Positions 26,496 to 39,465 of a stretch of 64,000 nucleotides of DNA are shown in pieces. The translations under genes and the position numbers were made by a program. The stretch is taken from assembly GCA_000165425.1 (NCBI GenBank), contig CT868263.1:310001-374000 (forward strand), written 5' to 3'. The notes beneath the pieces are model-generated. The model was not told where the DNA came from. It searched no databases and saw only the letters and a program-made list of their open reading frames with translations. Every line of letters begins with the position of its first letter. Positions within the stretch are counted from its first letter, which is position 1. Source of the DNA: Paramecium tetraurelia. Its lineage: Eukaryota.

Positions 26496-26861
26496 TATTA
26501 CATCATTTATATCTATCCCAAAATAGTTTAAATTATCTAACACTTTAATTTATTCAAAAATGTCCAATCAATCCCTTTTTTTCCTTATTTTCTTTCCATT
26601 TTTATATTTTCAAAAAATACTAAAATTCCTAAAAATTAAATTAATTTTAAATTTATTCCTTTGATACAATTGGGTTTGAATTGTTTATCTAATTTATCAA
26701 CCAAATTTTTAATTATCATTATACCTTAGCCATCTAATAAGAATGTTTCTTGATATTTTTCTTTATTATCTTACAATTATAATCCTCTTTTTTATGTTAT
26801 CTTTTTTAATAATTCAATTAGAATCCATATAAAGTTTATTAGACATATATTAATTGAATAA

Positions 26862-27092
26862 ATGGGAGCAGCTTTTGTTAAATGTGTCAAGCACAAAACT
26901 ATGTATCTTGATATATTTTTAGACCTTTTTGATTTTTTATCTGTTGACAAATAAAAAAACCACATATATTAAGATAATGGAATAAATAAAGAGACTAACT
27001 AAATTGAATATGAATTTTGTTAAGAAATATCAATCTTTGATTACATTTAAAATTGTAATAATTAAAATTATCAGAATTTAAATCTCGTATGA
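26862..27092 (+). CDS. small hypothetical protein (76 aa)
   Basis: MGAAFVKCVK..NLNLV-TGA; N-terminal MG..C. Confidence 0.35.
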
Positions 27093-27168
27093 AAATTAAG
27101 GAATAATCTTCTAGTGTCATTTATTAATTTTTTAATCATTAAATCAGTATTTAAAATAATTTACTTGA

Positions 27169-28242
27169 ATGGGGTCATGTTAGATTTGTAATGGATTCTA
27201 AATAAAAGAGATTAAAATACAATTAACACCAGAGATCATGAAAAAAGAACCAACACTGAAATAGATTATATTGATTTAGGCTAGATTTAGAGGAATGTCA
27301 ACAAGAAAGAGAGTCCAGATTAAAAAATAAAAGGAAAATATTAACTAGCCACATTAAAATTCATTGAATGAAGACCCAATTTGTTATGAATAGGCCTAAC
27401 ACATTATAACAGACAGATCTACTGTTGCTTAATAATAGGAAGATCATGTTGTTATATCGATAGCACCAACAATACGGAATAGTTAGTTTCAATTTGGATC
27501 AACGACAGGGTTTGATAGATTGGTGATGGAGGACGGGTATTAGAATAAAATAATCATAGTTGTTACTTGGAAGGCATGGTATAGAATTATAATTAAAAAT
27601 AAGTGGTTGGATGGGTTCATGAATGGAGAAGGACTTTACAGTGCACCTGACGGAACATACTACAGGGGATAATGGAAGGATAGTTATATGAATGGATAAG
27701 GTACCTATTTTAATTCAACTTAAAATATCAGATATGAAGGTAAAATCTTTTGTAATTTAAATTAGGAGAATGGTAATATAATTTATAACATGGTGAAGGG
27801 ATTGAAACATATGCAGATAAATCAGTCTATAAAGGAACATTTAAAAATGGCTTAAAGGATGGGCATGGACAATTCGTTTTTAATGATGGCTCTTTCTATG
27901 AAGGACAATTTTAAGAGGATAAGTTTGATGGATTAGGAAAATTTGTATAAAATTTTTAATAAATTATAGGTTTGGGATTCTGGTTAAAAAGTTTATTATG
28001 GAGAATGGTTCAAAGGAAAAAAATAAGGCTTTGGTTAGTTGGAAGTCAAGGGAACATATACTTTTGAAGGTCAATTCAAAAATGGACTAAAAAATGGTAT
28101 TGGTAAAATAATTTGGAGCGATGGTAGAAAATACAATGGTGAATGGTAAGAAGGAAAACAACATGGAATTGGTACATTTTAAAACAGAAATGGAGAAATC
28201 TTCAGTGGAGTTTGGAAATTCGGATTAATCCAATCTCATTGA
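27169..28242 (+). CDS. MORN-repeat protein with N-terminal acylation-like motif
   Basis: MGSCQIC start; repeated YxGxWxxGxxHGxG units; four short introns. Confidence 0.9.
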
Positions 28243-28660
28243 TCTCATAATTAAATCATTATGTTTTTTTTATTTTATGTAAACAAATATGACGAATACA
28301 TAATATGTATTGATTGGGATTATTAAAATTTGTTTTTAAAACGATGATCAAAATTTTAAAGTAGCCTGAATAATCATATTAATATATCTAGTACACTTAA
28401 TAAATTCATTTTACATTCTTATTTCTTCATCCATATATATTATCTAAATATAGGATTAGTTGAAATAATAGAATTAAGTACTTAGATATTAAATTTAAAA
28501 GCTTTTATCTAAAATTATATAAAAATCTTTTATTGAAGTTACAGCAATATTTACATTAAGTACCAAGTTATGGCTAAATAGGATTCTCTAAAATTGAAAC
28601 CGGCTTAATTTTCGATAGAAATAAATGGCTTATTTTGTTGAGTTTTGGACATTATTAAAT

Positions 28661-30080
28661 ATGTTGGATTTTGAGTAGGATTTTTATAAATTTGTCAAAG
28701 GCCAATTAGACAAAAAAAGAGGAATCAAACAATTAGTTGAAAATGAGGAGCTTAATAATGAGGATACAGTTTAAAGTACAAAATCATCATTTTATAAAGG
28801 AAACAGGTTATTGAGTGAGAACATACAAAAAGTCTTATAAAATGAAAGAAAAAAGATGAAAATTAGTAAAATCACAAAAGAACAGCATTTTGAAAATAAG
28901 ATGAAAGATTTTACATAAATGGACACTTTTATTGATGTTAAATTCTTTCTGAAGAATCTAAATGATTAGTAGATGAAAAAGAATCAGAAAAAAATACCAA
29001 AATCCATTAAAAGATCAAAATCACATACTGATAACGAGGATCTTTTTGATTATGCAGAAATTGTGTAAAAAAGTAAGAAATTCATAGAAAACTCACGGCA
29101 TTACAGATCTAAACCTAAAATCGAACTTTATTTCTAATCCGATAATGAAAATAGTTAAAGATCCAAAGTCATTGAAGATGGAAGGACAACAAGTGAAAAA
29201 TTCTATACAGGAATTGACTAGTTAATAATTGATATTAATCACAAAACTGTTTTATCTGAAATGGATAGGAAATATGAGAGAGAGAGAAAGAAACATAGAG
29301 ATACGATGAGTTCTGAATAGATCTTCAAGTCATTTATTCCATTAGATTTTGGGAAAGATGAAATTGCAATTGAAGCCGGAAAAAATTTCAAAGAGTAATC
29401 ACAAAAAGTTTTATAACTGTTAGAAAGAACAACTAGAATGCTTTACAAAAATAAATTGCCATAGCCCCCTAATTAAAAGTTATTAAAGCAATAATAAGAA
29501 TAGCTTAAAGAACTTAAATAGTATTAACCATATACCTTTGATGCTCGGAGTTAAAAATAAATTCTAGTAAAAAGTCGAAGTGAAAGTAATGATATGAGGT
29601 GCCCTCAAGTAAATGGTAAATTAATAAATCCTCTTGTAAGGAGGATAGTCCCATTACAATAAGCAAGCCATGCCTCTCTTCCTGAGATTTAACCATGTTC
29701 GTTTTTATCTTCAAGAGAGGACAAGAAATACGAAAATCTTCATTATTTTAAAAGTCCATAAAATTAATCTAAACGGGATGATAATCATAATAATTCTAGT
29801 CATCGATCTGTTAGTCCGGATATAAAAAGTTAAATTGGAGAATTTATATCATAGGTAAACTATTTAATAAATGAAGCTTGATGATGCAAAATTGAAATTT
29901 AAAAAATTGTATCCTTCTGATTCTCAGATATAAAAAATTTAGCATAATATGAGCAAGAGAATGATGCAGATTGGTAAAATCCCTATGGATAGTTTTAATT
30001 ATTTAACAAAGAAGAAAGTGTATATACCTAAAAAGTATGAACTAAGAGGAAAGAAAAACAAAGTTCTTCAAATGATATGA
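28661..30080 (+). CDS. hypothetical charged/coiled-coil protein (about 465 aa)
   Basis: Open code-6 frame with one 22-nt intron; length consistent. Confidence 0.7.
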
Positions 30081-30162
30081 TCGTGAATTTGAAAAAAATA
30101 GTCAATTCATTTTGAGTATCATCTTTTTTAATAAATTCAATCTAAATATTAAAAATAAATTT

Positions 30163-32115
30163 ATGTATTTAAGGTAATATTCAAAACTTCCTTTTTACGA
30201 TGGATTTGAAATGTTCCGTAGGCTTAAAATGCTTAATCCTAAATAACATAATCCTCTTGTTTATGCAATTAGACCACCTGAAACTAATCTCGGATATCCT
30301 TTGAGAGAGGAAATAAATGATGCTGAGAATCAAAAAGTGCTTAACAAATTAATGCATCGATATCCAGACCTTAAATATGCTCCATTAGTAAAGGAAGGAC
30401 TTGCAGAAAATTAAAATGAAGGATCATTATTTCGCTTTTTGAAGATGTTTAATACATTGAGAAAAAAGGGATATCATTTTGATAAGGTATATAAATGTAA
30501 TATGATTAGGCATTTGAAAAGTCTGAAATGGCATTTTAGGCAAAAATGCAAAGAAAAATCGATTAAACTAAAATAGCAAATAATTTAGCAATAACAAATT
30601 AAGCAAGATCATTTATGACATTAGCCTAATAAGAGATAGAGTTTGAATAGAGACTAAAAAGAGATAGACTATTGAGAGATTTAAAAATCTAAGAGTTTGA
30701 AAAAAACTCACCTTTGGACCCTGAAACTCAAGCTTTGATGGATAACTACAAAAAATCCCTAATAAAAGTAGTTCATCATGATGATAAGCCAGTGGAGACA
30801 ACGCATATAGAAGATGAAGAAACATTTGCAGAGAGAGCAACAAATGTCTTTAATTGTTATTATAACAGAGTAGCAACACAAGATAAATTGAATGGTCTAA
30901 GTGATAAATAGATTCTGTAAAATATTAGACAATCACCATCTAAAATAAAGAATAGATTAAGGAAATATTTAAAAGTCATTAAGCATTACAATATTACCTT
31001 GGATGAAGAAGGTGAAATCGTTATACCTGAAGATCTACCAGAGAATCTTCAAAATTAAATTGGAAAGGGAATATTTTATATAACAAAACTATATGATGAT
31101 CTTGATTTTGAATACTCACACCATGAACACTTAGATTCACTGTAATAAGAACTTTAGGAAAGACTTTAAGAATAAAAATACAATATGAAAAAATTATAAT
31201 GAGGATGCAGAATTTGCCATTAAAAAAGTGTTATAGGATGCAAACATCAAAGCTTAAAATACATATTCACTATTTGAGTCACCATAGGAAAGATTGTCCA
31301 GATTGCAAATTAAGTGGTTATATAGAAAAATAGATGAATATACATTGTTTAAGCTTAAAAAAGAAGATTAAAGTGGGGAATCTTAATAATTAATTGATGA
31401 AAAAATAGAGAAGTTAGGCAATTAAGCACAAAAATTAGTAGATAATTTAAGAAGAATGAAATTAGAATTAGAATATGAATCCTTTGCTAAAACAGGTAAA
31501 CAGTTGTTTTAAGAACATGCTGTCTTACTTAAAGATAAAGAGTTGTTTGTTGATGCCAATAAGTTATAAATGAATGATATTGATATCTATTTCAAAATTC
31601 CTGTTGATTAAAGAAGATTAACATAAGCAGGATAAGTTAATGATGACATCATTCATAATCTTATCAAAGTGTAACATCTCTTATTTAAATTAGATAAAAC
31701 TTAAAATCTCATGTAGCCAGATTAAATCATGATGATTTAGAGAACAGAGTAGGTGATTCTTCTTTGAAAGACGAAACCGCTGAGATTTTGAAGAAAAAAA
31801 TATTGGCTTAATATAAGTTATTGTATTTGGCTAAGAAGTAATAATTAAAAGGAATGACTGAAGAAGATAAATTTAAAGAATCATAAGAAGAAGAAATCTC
31901 TCTTGATGATGAAGCATTTAGTGAAAATATTGTAAAGATATATTATTAATTTTTAGGCTGATAATTTAGACGAATTGCGAAGGAAATAAAGAGAAGCAAG
32001 ACTTGAATTTGAGAAAGAAAAAGCCCTTGAAGCTAAATAGAAAGAAGATGAATTAAAAAGTTAATAAGCAATTAAGGGATAAAAAGGATCAAAGAAGAAA
32101 AAGGCAAAAAAATGA
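30163..32115 (+). CDS. probable mitochondrial protein, possibly ribosomal mS23-like; one apparent frameshift near 31194
   Basis: KLMHRYPDL..FRFLKMFNTLRKKGYHFDKAFEKSEMAF recalls the mS23 core (weak call); basic N-terminus; three introns. Confidence 0.6.
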
Positions 32116-32270
32116 TCTGTTTTAAGAGTGCTAAAATTATATTATTTATTTATTATCTTTATATTCTCATTAAATAAGAGAGATTATGTGTATAGAATTA
32201 ACATTATTATAGTTTTATTTATAAATTAGTTTTGATAATAATTAAATTAGATAATTAAAGTGAGACACAC

Positions 32271-33927
32271 ATGTCATCCATTTTGAATAAATTTAAGAAG
32301 TAAACGCCATCAGAGACTCCTAGCGCAATCAAATTGGAAAACACATCGTTTGGTTAATAAGCTGGGACTTATTAGCCTCCAGTCATCCCTGCGATTTAAT
32401 TACCCTAATCCAATCAACCGAGATAAAAAGGAAGACCAGGCGGAGGTAAGAATTAATGAATTACAAAAAGGTTGGGATGATGAACCTTAGCCCTAGCCAG
32501 AACAAATTAATGTATCAAATAATAAGGCAACCAACTCAATTAATTTATTGAATAATACTCCACCAAAATAGAATGAATAATAAATTCACAACGACGTACT
32601 CCTGCCACCTTAACCTGCCATCGGAAACATTTAATTGAGCAGAATCACGGATTATAGAAAAGGATAGCTGTTAACTTATGAAGAATTGGAATTAGGAGGA
32701 TTGTAAGATATATCTTGAAATTAGTGATTATGAATTTCATCTGGTCAATGAAGTCATTAAATTGGGTGGCATCAAATTGAAGCAAAGTGACAATGTTCTC
32801 AAAGATTTTGCCAGAGCTATATCAACTATTTAAGATTAACTTATAGGTAGCATACTTTTAAATAAGTTGCATAGTGAGGACAACTGGAAAGTTTAAATTG
32901 TAAGATATTCACTTAATTTTTAGAGATGCATATATGCTATTCAATACGTGTGTCAATAGTATTAAAACTATAGAGAATTCTTCTAAATTAATTAATAATA
33001 TCTGAGAGTTGAAACTGATTAATAGCTACTATCAGGAGCTATAGATTAGACATTAGCAGAAGTAAATGGCTATTAAGTTTCAAAGTAAAAGGTAATACAT
33101 AATTAAATAATTAAAAGGAATTTTAATTTGAATTTAGAGAACCACCTAAGCCACAAACACAATCATAATCCCAATCACAATCACAATCTACTTCATAAAG
33201 CCAATAGTCAAATTTAATTGATATTTTGGATGCTTCTTAAAATGACACATAATAAAAACAATAGCAATAAAAACTTAATCTAAAATAATTGAAAATTAAA
33301 CAACCTACTGTTTAAGCATAATAATAATAATAACCATTAGTATAATAATAGCAAGTACCATAGCAATAACAATAAGTTCAATAGAAAAATACATAATAAC
33401 TAAATTTATTAGATGCATTTAGTGATATGTCTTTAGAAAATTATAATTAATAATAATTCTAGCCACCCTAATAATAAATAAATCAACAGCAATAATAATA
33501 ATATTAACAACAATAATAATTTTAACAACCATATTAATAATAACAATAACAATAATAATAATAGTAACAATAACAATAAAAATAATAATCAAATGGTATA
33601 AGTTTTGATGATTTACTTAATTCATAGAGTACCAATCAATAGTAAACATAACCAAAAAAGAATGCTTTTGGATTCTTAAAAAAAGATCAATAATAGACAG
33701 TGTAGACTAATTAATAGCCAATAAATTTACTTAATTCTCCTCCACAATAATATCAATAATAGCCTTAAAATTATAATTAAGTTCCATAATTGCAACCATA
33801 TAATTTTTATAATCAATCTCAAAGCAATTAAAATCAATAGATTTATTAACAAACCCAAGCACAAAATAACAATCAATAGTAATCATAAAATAATAAAAAG
33901 GATTTAATTGATTTTCTAAATTTGTGA
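32271..33927 (+). CDS. tepsin/MTV1-like AP-4 accessory protein (tVHS-like domain, Gln-rich tail)
   Basis: GRPGGGWDDE; YEFHLVNEVIKLGGIKLK..LKDF..LLNKLHSEDNWKVQIRCIYAI; tail motifs AFSDMSL, NAFGFL, DLIDFL. Confidence 0.7.
33300..33900 (+). repeat. Gln-rich low-complexity tract coded largely by TAA/TAG/CAA
   Basis: In-frame runs such as taataataataa and caataacaataataataatag. Confidence 0.85.
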
Positions 33928-33966
33928 TTATTATTATAATATATCATAATATAAAGATCAATATAA

Positions 33967-34723
33967 ATGTTAAAAAGTAATTCTTATCATCTAAAAACCA
34001 ATAAGAAACATAAATCATCTCCATTAGCTTCCATAGAGCTACTACAAAAGTTATTGGATTTTAAATAAACGTAAACTTCCATGAATTGTTCCTAAGAAAA
34101 CAAAACTCTAGTCATGAATGGGAATTTAGCAAAACAAATCTCGAAATCAATTTCAATTGGCAGTCAAAGTTGGAAGGATATAGCACCTCCAATTCATGAA
34201 TCTGATAATTTGCTTAGAAAAAAGGAGGAAATCCTCAATACATTGAAGAAATCAAAGCATGTCAGACATATAAGTTAGATTTGGTCAATGAGAAATAGAA
34301 CTGATAGTAATGTCCATACTCCAAGAAAAGAAGGGGTAAACGATTTTATTTAAAATGCAAGAATCTTTTTGAAAGAGAAACTATTAGAAAATAAGTTAGA
34401 TAAGCTCTGCTATTAGGTTTAATAATTAAAAAATAAATCCGATATTTTGGAAATCTAAAATAAATTGCTTTTCGAGAACCTTAAGCAACATCATAATGAC
34501 CATAATAACGTGCACGTATGAAAAGTTATATAATAAGGAAAGAAAGGTTTTGATGGGAAAGCTCGATTAAATGATAACGATGCAAAAGAAATAAGAATAA
34601 AGCTTAAATTATTTTAAGCAATTATTCCAAGAGAATGACGAAGGAAGGAGAGTGAAAACCTAAACCTCCTATCCCAAGCTGAGACCTGCCCTATACTCTG
34701 GCTACGTCGGATTAAAAATGTGA
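33967..34723 (+). CDS. hypothetical coiled-coil protein
   Basis: Open frame MLKSNSYHL..GLKM-TGA with one 22-nt intron. Confidence 0.7.
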
Positions 34724-34758
34724 AAGTTATTTATTGTTATTATGTAATAATATATTTG

Positions 34759-36372
34759 ATGTAAAAAACCTATAATAAAGTGCAGATAGAAGAATGCAAT
34801 TAAGTAGAGAAAGAAACCAAAAGTTCTACATTATTGGGATCTAAAATTTATTCGCAACACACTTATAGATGGATCATTTTAACATGTTATCTTGTAGTCG
34901 TATTTATAAATGGTATTTCATATCAAACCTTTATTCCGAATGCAAAATAAGTAATACCTTATACTCTAATCGTAGTTTGTATAATTATACAATGTAGACG
35001 AATAAATCATAACTCTAACTGGTACAATATACCTAATTATGTAGCCTGTATTCACTTTTTTCGCATCTTCAGGTATTTAATCTACATATACTGAGTTATT
35101 GTTAAGAAGGGTTTTGCAGTATCAATGAGTGTAGGTGTAATCTTAACAATTATTGGTTATGGCATTAGACTCTTAATTAATAAATACTCTTTTATTTTTG
35201 CCATTTTAGGTTAACTATTTTTGGGAATTTCAAGGCCTTTTATCTTAAATGGTTAGACGACAATGGCATAAAATTGGTTTTTCCCTTCAAATCGTATGGC
35301 AGTCTTGGCTGCATGCAACGCATTTCAAACATTTTCAATGGTTATTAGCGTATTATGGCCAGCAAATTGGATTTTTAAAGACTATTCTTATAATGACTAA
35401 AACAAATAGGAGGGTTTGGATCTATCTATTTAATTGTAATATCAGCAATTCTTTTTGAGCCTTACTCTTATACCTGTGGTTTTTCTTATAAAAAATAACC
35501 CAAAAACTCCACCATCTGGATTTGCTAACTCTGATCATGATGTAGGATTCTACGATTCAATAAGAAAGCTTTTAAAAAACAAAAACTTTATTTTGATTCT
35601 TTGTACTTTTAGTCTATACTTTGGAACACTCAAAGGATTTGGTTTAAGTGTACCTTATCTAATGTCTCCTTTTGGGTTTGTTGATACCGACTATTCGATA
35701 GCTTCTTCGTTGCTAATTATAGGAGGATTTTTATCAGCTGGATTTGTGTCTAAATTGGTGTTAAAATTTAAGAAATACAAGGCCATTGGAATTGTTTTAT
35801 TTATCATCTCACTTGTCTTAACATTACTCACATACCCGATACTTATGATTGAATTACTGATCCCTTTGTGCATTTAACAATTTCTCTTAGGATTCTTTCT
35901 AATTCCTATGGTGCCAGTCTTAATAGAGTACAGTTGTGAATCTATTTATCCTTTGAATGGTAGTTTCTCTGTTGGAGTGATGGTTTCAGGGGCTACCACA
36001 ACTGCCATGTTGAGTAGTATATTGCTAACTTATACATCAAAAGGGAAGGATAGTGATAAGACAAGTGCATTAGTCACATATATTATATTGTGTTGCATCT
36101 ATTTGATAGGGTTCATTTTGTTTTTGTTCACGAAGGAAATATTGAATAGAAGCAAAGAAGTTGAATAAAGAGCTTCATCAAAATAAAGTGTATTTTACTG
36201 CTAATAGCAATTGAAAACTTCGATGATCAACCCAGATGCAGTATAGAACGAATAAATTGTAGGTGATTATCCCACTGAGCATCCGATACTGGATTCTCAT
36301 CAGTTCATCTAGCATCCTGAAGTTTTAAATCCTGATTTTTTAGAACAAATGTAGAATGATGAATAGACTTGA
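34759..36372 (+). CDS. MFS transporter, FLVCR/SLC49-like
   Basis: YRWIIL, GQLFLGISRPFILN, QNWFFPSNR, NNPKTPPS, EYSCESIYP; about 12 hydrophobic segments. Confidence 0.88.
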
Positions 36373-36410
36373 ATATTCTTGTGTTATGAATATTAAATAT
36401 TATATAATTT

Positions 36411-37609
36411 ATGATTTGTCCTCTCATTTGTGATTAAAACTGCATCAATCACTTGTTTGAAAAAGGATAGATTATATCAATAGTAAGTGTGATGTTCGCA
36501 GTTACAATCAGCTGGTTCTTGATTAGGAAACATTTAAATTATTTCAATTTCCCCTATTTTCAAAGCAAAATTATAAGTATGGAATTTTCATGATATTAGT
36601 AATATTAATGATGTCTCCTTTTTATGCTGTCATTTCAATACTATCACTAGAGATATCAGTATTATATTATTTTAAAAGAATTTAGCATAATACTTTGAAT
36701 TGATAAGAGACATTTACTTAGCATTTTTATTGTTTACATTCTTTTATTTGATGTTTTCTTATATGGCATACGATGAGGAATTAGACAAGATAACAGATGA
36801 GAAAGTGTATGGGACGATGATTTAAAATGAAGAATATATAGAGCATTTGTGGCCATTCAATCATTGTTCAAGGAAATACTATTTAACAACTGAGTCTAAG
36901 GCTAAATACTTCACATATAGATGTAAGAAATTTGTACTCCAATATTGCATCGTTAAACCAGTTTTTACTTTTTTTTTGATCTTTTCATAACCCTTCCATT
37001 CAAACTTTATTACCTATTTGGAATTGGCCTCCGAAATCATTATTGTTTTGAGTGAATCCTTTTCTCTGTATTATTTAATCCTCTTCTATGTAGCCCTTAA
37101 GAAACCTTTAAGTCCTTATAAGTATGATTATTGTATTTAAATTACTAGACCACTACTGAAATTCTTGATAATAAAAATAACTCTATTCTTTACATTTTGG
37201 TAATCCCTTGTGTTGTCTGTATTCAAAAAATAAATTGGAGAATGCTTCGAACCAGACGATATTCACTTTACAGATGAAAGAATCATTAGCAGTATAGAGA
37301 ATACCTTGGTGTGTTTGGAGATGTTCATCATGACAATTGCTTGCATATTTGCTTTCAGTTACGCTGAATTTAAGAAGGATTAAAATACTTAGGGATCGCT
37401 TAGGAAGGCTATAAGCGATAATTGGAAGGCCTTCAAACATGACTTTAGATTAATAAGGCCGAAGAAGTTTGGGTATTTAAATGATATTTATCACTATTAT
37501 TAGATACACGCCAAAGGTACATCATATAGAATTGAAGGAGAGATTGAATTTATCAAATGAAGTTGATATTCAATTTGAGAGAATGAATGTGAAATAAGAA
37601 TATTTATGA
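36411..37609 (+). CDS. TMEM184/organic solute transporter alpha family protein
   Basis: KHLNYFNFP..ILMMSPFYA, LIRDIY, HLWPF, VLQYCIVKP, LYYLILFY, PLLKFLIIK..TFWQ, LVCLEM..AFSY. Confidence 0.9.
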
Positions 37610-37633
37610 AATAATATTTATATATTGTAATTA

Positions 37634-38101
37634 ATGGAAATATTACACTTGGCATTACTTGTAGTAATTTCTATCATCTGCTTTAAAATTGGTCAAGGAG
37701 TAGGACAGAAGGAAGTAGAAAAGCAATAGTCACAATACATCCAAGTAGATATAGGATTAAAATTGATTAGTTACAAGAGAATGAATAATTGATTGAAGAA
37801 ATTGATGAAGAATATGTTAAATAAGTTGATCAATAAGAATAAGATTTAAAAGAAGCGATTAAAAAGTTTAATTAGATTAATCAAAGAGATAAGTAGTTAT
37901 AGAAATAATTAAACGATTTAAAAAATACATAAACGAATAATGCTAAACCCAAAGTTTAATAAAATGGTAGATAATTAAATGAAATTTTTAGAATTACTAA
38001 GTGATAAGGATTTTGATAATTTATTGGATGAAGGTTTTGTTGTAGATTAGGAAATCAATGAAACACAATTAGATTAAGATTTAATTGAAGCTAGTAAATG
38101 A
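37634..38101 (+). CDS. small hypothetical protein with N-terminal hydrophobic anchor and acidic tail
   Basis: MEILHLALLVVISIICFKIG..ASK-TGA; two probable introns. Confidence 0.6.
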
Positions 38102-38228
38102 TTTGGCAATTGTTGTTTTTATTAAGTTTATTTCTTCATGCATTCTCTATAAATTTCAGTATCCCATTTTCTATTTTGAGTTCTACTTGATAAAATAATT
38201 TAACATATATAATTATTTTTTATATTAC

Positions 38229-38932
38229 TCATTACAACCCTTTTTCTGCCTATGACTTACTCCAAGCTTAAGCTATAGTTCGCTTCATATCGTCATCTCC
38301 ATTCTAATACATCTCTTTCATCATATTCATTAATGATGCCTATGGATCTTATTTGTCTAATTTAGATGGGTCTGTATCAATCTGCATATTTATCATTATT
38401 TACTAATTTCTCCTTAAAATTCAATTAGTCCCAATTCTTTTAATCTTTCTTAATTAAGTTAATCACGATTGAGTTGTTGGTTGTTTTGATTGAACACTCC
38501 TTTTCTTTAAGCTCATCAAATGTTTTCTTAATTGAAAATCTAAAATAATTTTATCATCATTAACCTGTGATTAAGACCTTTAAAGCCTTTCACTTTCACA
38601 TCAACACTTGTCGATGTGAATTCTGAACTAATATTTTCTTTAGGCAATTATCCAATTCCCTCCATATTCAAAAACACTTTGACTTTATTCCCCTCTTAAT
38701 CCCAGGCATACTTTGTAATGCCTTGATAGATGAGAGTGTCCTAGTCTTTCTATTGTTATTGTTGTTATTGTTATTGTGGTTATTCAACTTTTTATGGTGT
38801 CAGTATTTTAATGGAGTTCTCTAGATATTTGATTCTATTGTTTAAGTAATCAATATTGGATTTGCGTTTCAGAGTTGAAATAACCGATTATATTTCCGCT
38901 AAATCTTTTTAGAGCTCTTCTAATTCAGACAT
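38229..38932 (-). CDS. CACYBP: calcyclin-binding protein / Siah-interacting protein (CS + SGS domains)
   Basis: [45 protein letters not shown]. Confidence 0.9.
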
Positions 38933-39043
38933 TAAATTTAATAATATATTATTAACATAATTTGCATTAGATACAAATTATATATAAGAGTGCTAGAACA
39001 ATCTATTTTTATGAAATATTTGAAATTTAAACGTATTATAGCA

Positions 39044-39465
39044 TCATTCGTTTAAGCAATCGCATTCGGGATGTCTTTATGAAAAGTTCATTAAGCACTC
39101 CACTGCTCTGAGGTTAGTGGATTATAAGCATTCAACTTAGAAATCAGCAACACATTATTCAACATTGCATCCTTAAAGGATAAGATTCCAATATCCAGTG
39201 TTGGGGCAGTATTTAAGACCGCATTCATATCTAATAATTTATATATTAAGTACAAGTCAATCAATTTCTTATTTTTGGATTCGTAAGCACAGTCATGATA
39301 GCATGGGTCTGCCTCTCCGCATTTGTTCTTGCAGTTTAAGGCCTTAGAAGCACAGCCAAAGACTTCAGCAACACAAGCATTATATTGATTTGGGCATTTT
39401 TCTTTAACACATGCTTCATCAGCGATGACAGCAATAACAAGAAGAGCAATAAGGATTGATTTCAT
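39044..39465 (-). CDS. small secreted Cys-rich protein (132 aa, 16 Cys)
   Basis: Signal peptide MKSILIALLVIAVIA; removing a 23-nt intron gives ..IDLYECGLKYC..HPECDCLNE-TGA. Confidence 0.82.

Noticed and set aside
26540..26846. Minus-strand coding-like segment head-to-head with 26862
   Set aside because: TGA after 10 codons and no recognisable product
33460..33590. (TAA)n microsatellite or stop-codon array
   Set aside because: Poly-Gln coding tract under code 6
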